Shown here: positions 34,521 to 43,502 of the stretch, piece by piece | Layout: every line of letters starts with the position of its first letter | Numbering within the stretch: position 1 is the first letter of the stretch | Assembly: GCA_947085565.1 (NCBI GenBank) | Contig: CAMTWZ010000009.1 | Location: forward strand, 22,040 to 86,039 | Source: an uncultured Bacteroidota bacterium | GTDB taxonomy: Bacteria > Bacteroidota > Rhodothermia > Balneolales > HLUCCA01 | Reading direction: 5' to 3' | DNA length: 64,000 nucleotides | Position numbers and translations under genes: made by a program | The notes under the pieces: generated by a model | What the model was told of the DNA's origin: nothing | The model's input: the letters and a program-made list of their open reading frames with translations, nothing else | Databases searched by the model: none

Positions 34521-36434
34521 TCAGAAAAGGTGATCGGCTGGGGTTTTTTCGAGCCTCAGCCGTTCTTTTGCCACATCCATTAGCAGTTTGGAACAGGATT
34601 CGCGGTCGGCCGGATCCGTGGCTTGGTCGAAGCGCTCTTTGAAGCGCACTTTCAGTCGGTCGAGATAGCGCATCTTCAGCGCTTTGAGCTCGCCTTTCAC
34701 CGTGCGGAGGGCATCCCCATCCCGAGTGAGCTTTTTCCCGAGTTTCTCTTCATGCCGAACGCTGGGCGTGTGACGCTCCATCACCATGTCGCTCACCGCT
34801 GATTTCCAGCGCTCATCGGACAGATACACATCCACTGAAATCGGTTGATGCGCCGAGTACCTGGTGATCAAGTCGTCGAAGAGCTCTCTCATCGCCACAT
34901 TCTCGAAATGATCGGCATTGACATGGCTACCCACGAATTCGATGATCGGATAGCCGTGGGTGATCATCAGCCTGATGAGCTCTTTTTCATAGCTCGGGGC
35001 TTTGGTCGGCGTTGGTGCCGGCCGCGCCGTGAAGCCATATCCCGGATCGTCCTGATATGGGATTTCGGGCGCAGGTGCCGTCTCTCTTCGCTCGGGCTCT
35101 TTGCGGGGTTTGAACGGACGCTCGGCCGCCGCCACCTTCTTGAGCTCCGCCAATAATTCGCGGTCACCGATCTTGGACACTTCGCTCAATTTCTGGATGT
35201 AAGTCTGCTGGGTGATGGAGTCGCGGATCTGGGAAATGCTTTTCAGGATGCGGGAAATCGTGGCGCGTCGCACTTGCGGCTCATCCCATTTACCTTCCTC
35301 TTTGGCGCGGTCGAGCAGGAATTGCATGAAATCGCGCGCGCCTTCTTTGACGATGGCGCGGAACGATTCGGCGCCGAACTGCTTGACAAAACTGTCGGGA
35401 TCCTCCTTGTCAGGAAGATGAAGCAGGCGTACGCTAAGTCCTTCGGCCAGAGCGAGATCCAATCCACGATCCATGGCATTCTGTCCGGCATCGTCGGCGT
35501 CGTAGATCATCAGCAATTTGTCGCCATACCGATGCATGAGGCGAAGCTGATCGGCGGTGAGCGCGGTTCCCGAAGTAGCGATGACGTTCAGGATTCCGGC
35601 CTGATGCAGTTGTAGCACATCGGTGTATCCCTCCACCAAAATCACCTCCCTCGCCTTGCGTATCTCCGACTTCGCCACGTGGATCCCATACAAGGCTTCG
35701 CTTTTGTTATAGACCCGGGTCTGCGGCGAATTGATGTACTTGGGTGCTTTCTTATCGTCGGTGAGAATGCGTCCGCCGAAACCGGTCACTTTGCCCGCCG
35801 GATTGAAAATCGGAAACAGCAACCTTCCCCGGAACGTGTCCCACATCTTCGTTCCATTCTCATCCTGCTTCACCAGACCGGCTTCGATCAGATACTCTTC
35901 CGAGATGCCTTTTTCTTTCGCGGCCTCAATGAGCGCATCGAATCGGTCGGGCGCGTAGCCCAAGCCGTACTTCTTGATGGTGTCTCCGCTGAAGCCGCGC
36001 TTTTTCAGATACGTTCGCGCTTTCTCTGCCTCGGGCGCATCCACAAGCGTCTTGTAATAGAACAATCCGGCGAATTTGAGCGCGATGTACGCCCCTTCGG
36101 TGAGGATCGCTTCCTGAGATTGCACGCCGTCATCGACCTGAGTGCGTTCTGGAATGGTGATGTGGTAGCGGTCGGCAAGCACTTTCATGGCTTCCGGGAA
36201 CGTGAGACCGTCGATGTTCATCAGAAATGAGAACACATCCCCGCTCTCGCCGCATCCGAAACACTTGTAAATGCCCAACGACGGATTCACATTGAAACTG
36301 GGCGATTTTTCATTGTGAAACGGACATAACCCTTGCCAGTTCGATCCCGCACGACGCAATTTCACATAACCTGACACCACATCGACGATATCCGCCGCGG
36401 CTTTGATGTCTTCCTTGATGTGGTCGTTGAGCAT
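34521..36434 (-). CDS. dnaG: DNA primase
   Basis: Zinc finger CPFHNEKSPSFNV...CFGCGESGD, RNA-polymerase core, TOPRIM (VEGYTDV, DADDAGQNA). The ATG at 36434 (MLNDHIKEDIK) is preferred. The track extension translates a repeat array. Confidence 0.93.
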   Translation of the reverse strand: MLNDHIKEDIKAAADIVDVVSGYVKLRRAGSNWQGLCPFHNEKSPSFNVNPSLGIYKCFGCGESGDVFSFLMNIDGLTFPEAMKVLADRYHITIPERTQVDDGVQSQEAILTEGAYIALKFAGLFYYKTLVDAPEAEKARTYLKKRGFSGDTIKKYGLGYAPDRFDALIEAAKEKGISEEYLIEAGLVKQDENGTKMWDTFRGRLLFPIFNPAGKVTGFGGRILTDDKKAPKYINSPQTRVYNKSEALYGIHVAKSEIRKAREVILVEGYTDVLQLHQAGILNVIATSGTALTADQLRLMHRYGDKLLMIYDADDAGQNAMDRGLDLALAEGLSVRLLHLPDKEDPDSFVKQFGAESFRAIVKEGARDFMQFLLDRAKEEGKWDEPQVRRATISRILKSISQIRDSITQQTYIQKLSEVSKIGDRELLAELKKVAAAERPFKPRKEPERRETAPAPEIPYQDDPGYGFTARPAPTPTKAPSYEKELIRLMITHGYPIIEFVGSHVNADHFENVAMRELFDDLITRYSAHQPISVDVYLSDERWKSAVSDMVMERHTPSVRHEEKLGKKLTRDGDALRTVKGELKALKMRYLDRLKVRFKERFDQATDPADRESCSKLLMDVAKERLRLEKTPADHLF

Positions 36435-36446
36435 GGGGGAAGATAC

Positions 36447-36516
36447 GTAGACCGTGGGACGTAGACCGTAGACCGTGGGACGTTTCAACATTCAACCTTC
36501 AACATTCAACATTGTC
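36447..36516. repeat. tandem heptanucleotide array: GTAGACC/GTGGGAC units running into CATTCAA units
   Basis: gtagacc gtgggac gtagacc gtagacc gtgggac gtttcaa cattcaa ccttcaa cattcaa cattgtc. Ten consecutive 7-nt units in the divergent dnaG/sucD promoter region. Confidence 0.85.
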
Positions 36517-36552
36517 ACCGTATCTTTAGCGCTTAATCTAATCTTCGTACAT

Positions 36553-37425
36553 ATGAGCGTTCTCGTTGGCAAACACACACGATTGATCGTGCAAGGATTC
36601 ACAGGCAAGGAAGGCAGCTTCCATGCGTCACAAATGATCGAATACGGAACTCCGCTGGTCGGCGGAATCACACCGGGCAAAGGCGGAACGATCCATCTGG
36701 GTCGGCCGGTGTTCGATACGGTGAACGATTCGGTCGTGAAAGAAGGCGCCAATACCTCCATCATTTTTGTTCCTCCCGCCTTCGCCGGTGATGCGATCGT
36801 TGAAGCCGCTCAGGCCGGCATCAAGGTCATCATCTGCATCACGGAAGGGATTCCGGTTCGCGACATGATCATCGCCAAAGAAGTCGTGAAACGCCACGGC
36901 GCGACGCTCATCGGTCCGAACTGCCCCGGCGTGATCACTCCGGGTGAAGCGAAAGTCGGCATCATGCCAGGTCACATTTTCACTCGCGGCCCGATCGGAC
37001 TCATCTCCCGTTCCGGCACCTTGACCTACGAAGCGGTGGATCAGCTCACCAAAGCCGGATTGGGTCAGACCACGGCCATCGGTATTGGCGGCGACCCGGT
37101 GATCGGAACCAACCACACCGACGCTGTGAAGTTGCTCAACGAAGATCCTGAAACCGAAGCCATCGTGTTGATTGGCGAAATCGGCGGATCGGCCGAAGAA
37201 GATGCAGCAGCCTACATCAAAGCGCATGTGAAAAAGCCTGTTGTGGCCTTCATCGCAGGTGTGACCGCACCTCCAGGACGCCGCATGGGTCATGCCGGCG
37301 CCATCATCTCCGGCGGCAAAGGTACCGCCCAAGACAAGCAAGCCGCTCTGAAAGAAGCCGGCATCACCGTGGTCGAAAGCCCGGCGGTGATCGGCGAGAC
37401 GATGAGACGTCTGCTGCGCGGTTAA
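36553..37425 (+). CDS. sucD: succinyl-CoA synthetase alpha subunit
   Basis: [49 protein letters not shown] at 36553. No sucC in the window. Confidence 0.93.
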   Translation: MSVLVGKHTRLIVQGFTGKEGSFHASQMIEYGTPLVGGITPGKGGTIHLGRPVFDTVNDSVVKEGANTSIIFVPPAFAGDAIVEAAQAGIKVIICITEGIPVRDMIIAKEVVKRHGATLIGPNCPGVITPGEAKVGIMPGHIFTRGPIGLISRSGTLTYEAVDQLTKAGLGQTTAIGIGGDPVIGTNHTDAVKLLNEDPETEAIVLIGEIGGSAEEDAAAYIKAHVKKPVVAFIAGVTAPPGRRMGHAGAIISGGKGTAQDKQAALKEAGITVVESPAVIGETMRRLLRG

Positions 37426-39182
37426 ACCACCTCATCCGGACCCGGCTTCCGCGGCAACGGTCCACGGTAGCCGAACAGACGCTGCACCCAAGCGATGAGC
37501 GCGGGCGATTGCGCCTGGATGTACCACTGGTCTGCGGCACGCCGAGCACCGAGTCCGTACGTCGGGTACGGGAAGATCGTATCGGCGATGTTGCGCATCG
37601 ATAGCCCGTTTTTCATGGCCATGGCATAATAGCCGATCATCTCACCGGCGCGCTCGCCAAGGATGTCAGCGCCGTAGATCTTTCCATTGCTCTTTTTGGC
37701 GTAAATCCGGATTTCGCCCAACGTGGCCTCTTCGGTGATGGCCCGATCGATTTTGGAATACGGGAAGCGGTACGTGAAATAGTCCACACCTTTTTGCTTC
37801 AATTCGGATTCTGTCGCGCCCACATGCGCCAACTCGGGCGAGGTGTAGGTGACCCATGGCGTGAGTCCGGGCGTGGTTTTCATTGGGAATTTGAGCAATG
37901 CCGTGAGCGTCGCCACTTTCGCGGTGTGCTCGCTCATGTGTGTGAAAGCGAACACACCGGTCACATCCCCGATTGCGAAAATGTGCTTGATGTTGGTCCG
38001 GCACGAGGCGTCGATCGTGATTCCTTTGTTCGTGGTTGTCACTCCCGCGGCATCCAGATTCAGCGATTCGATGTTAGGCCGGCGACCCGTGGCGATAAGC
38101 AGATGCGAGCCGGAGATCTCGGTGCCGTCTTTGAGGCGAATTAACGGGCCGTTGGACGGGCCGACCCGCGTTTCGGCCCATTCGATGCCCGCGCCGAGAT
38201 AGAACCGGATCCCCTGCCCTTCCAGATGCGCCAGCAACTGCGCTGTGAGCGCTTCATTGTCGCGAGGCATGATACGTGTCGACATGTCGATGACGCTGAC
38301 CTCCGCGCCCAGATTCCGGAAGGCTTGCGCCATTTCGATGCCGATGGGTCCGGCGCCGATGATCACGAGATGCTTCGGCGTTTCGGTCAGCTCGAACAAG
38401 GTCTCGTTGGTGAGATAAGTCATGGAATCAAGCCCGGGAATCGGCGGAACCGCGGCCCGTCCACCCGTTGCAAGAATGATCTTCTTGCCTGTGATGATCC
38501 TCTCGCCTTCCTCAGATGCGATCTTCACCGTATGCTTGTCGATGAAACTCGCTTTGCCGAAGGCGACCTCCACCCCCATCCGCTCAAAGATCTCTGGCCG
38601 ATCGGCGTCGTGATAGACCTCATCACGGATCGCGCGCATGCGCTCAAAAGGGCCGACCAATGTGTCGGCCCGATCCCGGCCGACCCGTGTGTCGGCCCGA
38701 GAAGACAAATGCAACAACGCCTTGCTTGGAATGCATCCCGTCCAGGTGCAATCTCCGCCGAGGCGATGCGCTTCGATCATGATGGTCTTCGCGCCGAGGG
38801 AGGCGCCGATGCCTGAGGAGGTGAGTCCGGCCGCGCCACCGCCGATTACGATCAGGTCATACTCGAGCAAGTCGTTGCGTTTGGAGCGGATGTTCAGGGC
38901 CAAGGCCACCATCCCGTACACGATCAACGCCGCGATCACCACATAGACCCAGATTGGGACGGAGTTCCCCACTGCGATCACATACAGATAAGAGCTGATG
39001 GTTACCAACCCGGTGAATAGAACCGGAAATGTGATGGAGAGACTCTTGCGCAAGTTACTGACAATCCACGCCACACCGAGCCAGAAAACCGGTATCGCAC
39101 CGATGTAAATGCTTGCGAAAACGATGAGATTCACGCCGTAGCCGGCGGCGAGTTCGGAAATGGAAGCAAGCCAGTCGCTCAT
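37422..39182 (-). CDS. membrane-anchored FAD-dependent pyridine nucleotide-disulfide oxidoreductase (dihydrolipoyl dehydrogenase/mercuric reductase-like)
   Basis: N-terminal roughly 110 aa with 3-4 TM helices. Then IVIGGGAAG, redox-active [13 protein letters not shown], a second Rossmann [10 protein letters not shown], and a dimerisation domain (FPYPTYG). Confidence 0.75.
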   Translation of the reverse strand: MSDWLASISELAAGYGVNLIVFASIYIGAIPVFWLGVAWIVSNLRKSLSITFPVLFTGLVTISSYLYVIAVGNSVPIWVYVVIAALIVYGMVALALNIRSKRNDLLEYDLIVIGGGAAGLTSSGIGASLGAKTIMIEAHRLGGDCTWTGCIPSKALLHLSSRADTRVGRDRADTLVGPFERMRAIRDEVYHDADRPEIFERMGVEVAFGKASFIDKHTVKIASEEGERIITGKKIILATGGRAAVPPIPGLDSMTYLTNETLFELTETPKHLVIIGAGPIGIEMAQAFRNLGAEVSVIDMSTRIMPRDNEALTAQLLAHLEGQGIRFYLGAGIEWAETRVGPSNGPLIRLKDGTEISGSHLLIATGRRPNIESLNLDAAGVTTTNKGITIDASCRTNIKHIFAIGDVTGVFAFTHMSEHTAKVATLTALLKFPMKTTPGLTPWVTYTSPELAHVGATESELKQKGVDYFTYRFPYSKIDRAITEEATLGEIRIYAKKSNGKIYGADILGERAGEMIGYYAMAMKNGLSMRNIADTIFPYPTYGLGARRAADQWYIQAQSPALIAWVQRLFGYRGPLPRKPGPDEVV

Positions 39183-39832
39183 CCGATTTCAACGAGGATC
39201 TGAACGGCCAAACCGACGGGTATCAGCATGCGGGTTGAATCGAGTTCCACCCGGATGGCATCCTCGCTGGTTTCGATCACTTTGAATGTGGCGCCGATCA
39301 CCAATCCGAGTTTCGCAAGCAGTGTGAGCGCGTCGCTGTCTTGGGTTCGAACCCGGCGGATCACCACGTCTTGACCCGGAGTGAGTTTCATCGCGGAGAT
39401 GAGTTTGGGGCCGTCAGGGAATGTGAGATCGGCATTGGGAATGGGGTCGCCGTGCGGATCGTGAGTGGGATGACCCAATTTTTCCGCGATCCGCGCTTCG
39501 AACTTCTCACTGATGTGATGCTCGAGTTTCTCGGCTTCGTCATGGATCTCATCCCAAGTATATCCGAGAACTTCTGACAGGTAAAGCTCCAATAAGCGAT
39601 GGTGGCGAAGGACTTCCACCGCAACCCGCGTTCCCGCTTCAGTAAGGGTGACCCCATAGTAAGGCTTATGTTTGATCAAGTGGAGATCCGCCAGTTTCTT
39701 GATCATGCCGGTTACCGAAGCAGGTTTCACACGCAGATGATCTGCAATGAGCTGCGTGGTGACCGTACCGAACCGTTCTCCTAAAAGGAAAATCTGTTTG
39801 AGATAGTCTTCTTGGGATTCGGAGAGTTTCAT
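39179..39832 (-). CDS. DtxR/MntR family metal-dependent transcriptional regulator with a FeoA-like C-terminal domain
   Basis: SESQEDYLKQIF, VKPASVTGMIKKL, RHHRLLELYL, EKLEHHIS. Confidence 0.85.
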   Translation of the reverse strand: MKLSESQEDYLKQIFLLGERFGTVTTQLIADHLRVKPASVTGMIKKLADLHLIKHKPYYGVTLTEAGTRVAVEVLRHHRLLELYLSEVLGYTWDEIHDEAEKLEHHISEKFEARIAEKLGHPTHDPHGDPIPNADLTFPDGPKLISAMKLTPGQDVVIRRVRTQDSDALTLLAKLGLVIGATFKVIETSEDAIRVELDSTRMLIPVGLAVQILVEIG

Positions 39833-41478
39833 TTCGGAACACGGATCATTTCAACCATTTCCTGGATCTCTTTCTCCGGAGCGGGGGTTCTGGAAGATAC
39901 CAGGATGGAAACCGTCACATTCACCAACATCCCAACGGTTCCAATGCCTTCTGGCGAAATGCCGAACCACCATCCGTCCGGGTTGTTCGTCTCTGGCGAC
40001 AGGTACGTAAACCAGGCGATGTAGCCGGCGGTGAAAACCACCCCGGCGATCATTCCCGAAATCGCACCTTCCGCGTTCATGCGTTTTGAGAAAATACCCA
40101 TCACGATGGCCGGGAAGAAGCTCGCCGCGGCCAATCCGAAGGCGAAGGCGACGGTCTGGGCGACAAATCCCGGCGGATTCACTCCGAAATACCCCGCCAG
40201 GATTACCGCGCCTCCAGCGGCGATTCGGGCGATCTGAAGCTCTTTCTTATCGCTGATTTTCGGATTGAGCACGCCTTTGACCAAGTCATGGGATACGGAT
40301 GTGGATATGACCAGAAGCAGGCCTGCGGCGGTGGAAAGCGCGGCGGCGAGTCCTCCTGCGGCGATGAGTCCGACCACCCAGGCCGGAAGATTCGCGATTT
40401 CAGGATTCGCCAAGACCATGATGTCTCGGTCGATGCTCAGTTCGTTGGTCTCATTGGATCCGGTGTATTGAACCACGCCATCGGCGTTTTTGTCATCGAA
40501 TTTGATCAAACCGGTGGTTTCCCAATTCGTGAACCAACCCGGCGCTTCGCTGTAGGTCATTCCGCTCACCGTCTGGATGAGGTTCGTTCTTGCGAAAGCG
40601 GCCACGGCTGGCGCGGTGGTGTACAGCACGGCGATGAAAAGGAGTGCGTAGCCGGCCGACATCCGCGCATCCCTCACTTTCGGAACTGTGAAAAAGCGGA
40701 CGATGACATGCGGGAGCCCGGCGGTTCCCACCATGAGCGCGGCGGTGATGCAAAACACATCGATCCAGGCTTTCTGTCCGACGGTATATGCGGCGAATCC
40801 GAGCTCGGTGGAGAGTCCGTCGAGTTTATCGAGTAATCCGGCGGAACCGAATCCGATCTGGGGCACCACTTGATCTGTAAGCATGATGGAGATGAAGATC
40901 GCCGGCACCATGTAGGCGAAGATCAGCACGCAGTATTGCGCCACCTGGGTGTAGGTGATGCCTTTCATCCCTCCCATCACGGCATACAGGAAGACGATGA
41001 TCATCCCGACAATGACGCCTGTTTCGATGTCCACACCCAAAAAGCGGGAGAAGACGATTCCTACGCCGCGCATCTGTCCGGCGACATAGGTGAAGCTGAT
41101 AAACAGAGCGCACACCACGGCGACCATCCGTGCCGTGTGCGAGTAGTATCGGTCGCCGACGAACGCGGGAACGGTGAACTTCCCGAATTTGCGCAAATAC
41201 GGCGCCAGCAAGAGGGCAAGCAGCACATAACCGCCTGTCCACCCCATCAGATAGACGGCGCCGTCTCGACCCATGAATGAGATGAGTCCGGCCATGGAGA
41301 TGAACGATGCGGCCGACATCCAGTCCGCCGCGGTGGCCATTCCGTTGGCCAAGGGCGAAACCCCGCCTCCGGCCACATAGAATTCATGGGTGCTTCCGGC
41401 ACGCGACCAGATCGCGATACCGATATACAGGGCGAAGCTGAGCCCAACGATGAGAAATGTCCATGCTTGGATATCCAT
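39829..41478 (-). CDS. sodium:solute symporter, large subunit (ActP/VC_2705-like)
   Basis: 549-aa SSS family protein (FYVAGGGVSPLANGMATAADWMSAASFISMAG). Paired with a DUF4212 small subunit immediately upstream. Confidence 0.85.
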   Translation of the reverse strand: MDIQAWTFLIVGLSFALYIGIAIWSRAGSTHEFYVAGGGVSPLANGMATAADWMSAASFISMAGLISFMGRDGAVYLMGWTGGYVLLALLLAPYLRKFGKFTVPAFVGDRYYSHTARMVAVVCALFISFTYVAGQMRGVGIVFSRFLGVDIETGVIVGMIIVFLYAVMGGMKGITYTQVAQYCVLIFAYMVPAIFISIMLTDQVVPQIGFGSAGLLDKLDGLSTELGFAAYTVGQKAWIDVFCITAALMVGTAGLPHVIVRFFTVPKVRDARMSAGYALLFIAVLYTTAPAVAAFARTNLIQTVSGMTYSEAPGWFTNWETTGLIKFDDKNADGVVQYTGSNETNELSIDRDIMVLANPEIANLPAWVVGLIAAGGLAAALSTAAGLLLVISTSVSHDLVKGVLNPKISDKKELQIARIAAGGAVILAGYFGVNPPGFVAQTVAFAFGLAAASFFPAIVMGIFSKRMNAEGAISGMIAGVVFTAGYIAWFTYLSPETNNPDGWWFGISPEGIGTVGMLVNVTVSILVSSRTPAPEKEIQEMVEMIRVPK

Positions 41479-41481
41479 GGT

Positions 41482-41745
41482 TTACTCCTCCCGCAGGTCG
41501 AATTCGCGGTCGAGGCGGTTCATCAGCCCCACATACACGAAAATGAGGATGACGAAGGCGTAGATGGAGCCTTGCTGGGCGAACCAGAATCCGAGTTTGA
41601 AACCGAAGAATTGGTATTGGTCGAGCCAATCAACGAAAAGGATGCCCGCTCCGAAAGAGACGAGAAACCAGATCCCCAAAAGTATCGACAAGTAGAGGAG
41701 ATTTTTCCTCCAATAGGCCGTGGCCTGCACTTGTTTTTCTTGCAT
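41482..41745 (-). CDS. DUF4212 sodium:solute symporter small subunit
   Basis: 87 aa, 2 TM. YWRKNLLY...FFGFKLGFWFAQQGSIYAFVILIFVY is the typical pattern. Confidence 0.8.
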   Translation of the reverse strand: MQEKQVQATAYWRKNLLYLSILLGIWFLVSFGAGILFVDWLDQYQFFGFKLGFWFAQQGSIYAFVILIFVYVGLMNRLDREFDLREE

Positions 41746-41750
41746 TTGCG

Positions 41751-42731
41751 CTATTCAACAGAGTTGTAGTGGATAACTTCATCAACATTTTTGGGCGATC
41801 CGATGAAGATGGGGGTTGTCTGATGAATATGCAAGGGCTGAATGTCAAGAATCCGCCGGGTGCCGTCGGTGGCCTTCCCTCCTGCTTTTTCAACGATGAG
41901 GGCGAGAGGATTGCATTTGTACATGAGATGCAGTTTGCCTCTGGGAAATCCCTGATCGGCAGGATAGGCGAAGACTCCGCCTTCCATGAGGATCCGATGG
42001 ATGTCAGACACCATCGAACCACCATATCGGAACGTGTACTGGCTTTTCGTGGCGTGTTCCAAATAGGCTTTCATGCCGTTGTTCCAGAACGAGACGCGTC
42101 CGGTGTTCATGCTGAACGCCTTCTTATGCTCGGGGATGGTCACACTTTCATTGGCCAGAAAAAATTCTCCTATGCCGGGATCCATCGTGAAGAAGTTCAC
42201 TCCCATTCCTTCGGCCGTGAAGACCAGCATGGTGCTGGTGCCGTAAAGCACATAGCCACCCACTACCTGTTTATATCCTGGCTGAAGCGCTTCGTGCGCA
42301 ACAGGTTGCGTATCTTGTGGTGACATTCTTCGAAATACGGAGAACGTCGTGGATACCGAGGCGTTGAAGGCGATGTTGGGAGTTCCGTCGAGCGGATCGA
42401 TCACCACGATATACCTGCCGTCGCTGCTGGAGAGTCGCTGCGCTTGGTCGGCGGTGGCGTCGGTGATCATCAGGCAGGTGGTCGAACTCCGCCCCAACGC
42501 ATAGCTCATCTGCTCCGTCGCATAGGTCTCCAACCGCTGCATTTTCTTTTCGGGCGTCTCTTTCACCCTTCTCACATCATGCAGATCTTTGATCGCGCTC
42601 TGATTGATCTCCCTGGAAATGAACTTGCATGCCAGTGTGATATCGAGCAACAATTGCGTGAGCTCGCCCGTGGCTTGCGGAAACCGCGATTGGGAACGGA
42701 TGATATGTTCTTCAAGGGTAATCAAAATCAA
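41751..42731 (-). CDS. fbp: fructose-1,6-bisphosphatase class I
   Basis: ATGELTQLL, VIDPLDGTPNI, YGGSMVSDIHRIL, GGVFAYPAD. The track start is a TTG and the exact start is uncertain. Confidence 0.92.
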   Translation of the reverse strand: MILITLEEHIIRSQSRFPQATGELTQLLLDITLACKFISREINQSAIKDLHDVRRVKETPEKKMQRLETYATEQMSYALGRSSTTCLMITDATADQAQRLSSSDGRYIVVIDPLDGTPNIAFNASVSTTFSVFRRMSPQDTQPVAHEALQPGYKQVVGGYVLYGTSTMLVFTAEGMGVNFFTMDPGIGEFFLANESVTIPEHKKAFSMNTGRVSFWNNGMKAYLEHATKSQYTFRYGGSMVSDIHRILMEGGVFAYPADQGFPRGKLHLMYKCNPLALIVEKAGGKATDGTRRILDIQPLHIHQTTPIFIGSPKNVDEVIHYNSVE

Positions 42732-43501
42732 GCCGCCGAAATGAGATTACGGATTCGGAGTTCGTGAAGAACACGCTCGGTCATATCGCTGCGGAATTGC
42801 GCCTCCATGCGGATATCCAATACATAGGCTTTCACTCGGAATTTAAGCAGATTCTGCGCCCCCACCGGCTGACTCTCCACATGCACCGCGATCGGTTTCT
42901 TCATGAAAACATAGCGTGAGGTATATGCGGCGCGCTTTCCGATCTCGATCACCACTTGGGGATCGATGCTCAGCGGAAGCAGCAGTTCCGCCACAACCTG
43001 GCAATCCAGCGCGCTTGAGTTCGAGTTCGACACCGCGCGGTTCATCAGTTCTCCGTTGGGTATGGAAACCACGGAATCGTCGTCGGTCACCATCCGGGTG
43101 GATCTCAACCCGATTTCGATCACTTCACCGTAATCGTCGCCCACTTCGATCTTATCGCCCACTTGGAACGGTTTGTCGAGGATGATCATCACCCCGCCGA
43201 AGATGTTCTTCAGGATGTCTTGGGATGCGAAACCCACAGCGATACCGATGGATGCGGAAACCGTGATGATGGTTTCGATGGGCGGATTGAAAATCCCGGC
43301 GATGATCACATACAGTCCGATCGCCCAACCGAGCACTTTGACGACAGGAATCAGGCGCTTGATCAGCAATCTTCTGCGGTTGAACCGTTCGGCAAGGCTG
43401 TTGAGCAACCCGGTGGTGAATCTTAGCCCGAACCAGATGGCGGCAAGGGCGACCATCGCCATGAACAGGTTCGAGCCGGTAAGGATTTCCGTGAGTGACA
43501 T
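42728..43501 (-). CDS. small-conductance mechanosensitive channel (MscS family)
   Basis: 3 TM helices, then GFASQDILKNIFGGVMIILDKPFQVGDKIEV and a beta-domain. Confidence 0.85.
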   Translation of the reverse strand: MSLTEILTGSNLFMAMVALAAIWFGLRFTTGLLNSLAERFNRRRLLIKRLIPVVKVLGWAIGLYVIIAGIFNPPIETIITVSASIGIAVGFASQDILKNIFGGVMIILDKPFQVGDKIEVGDDYGEVIEIGLRSTRMVTDDDSVVSIPNGELMNRAVSNSNSSALDCQVVAELLLPLSIDPQVVIEIGKRAAYTSRYVFMKKPIAVHVESQPVGAQNLLKFRVKAYVLDIRMEAQFRSDMTERVLHELRIRNLISAA

Positions 43502-43502
43502 G

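Noticed and set aside
36435-36491. N-terminal extension of dnaG with the periodic peptide [19 protein letters not shown]
   Set aside because: This is simply the translation of the GTAGACC heptamer array. Primase homologs start at the MLNDHIKEDIK-type N-terminus (ATG 36434).
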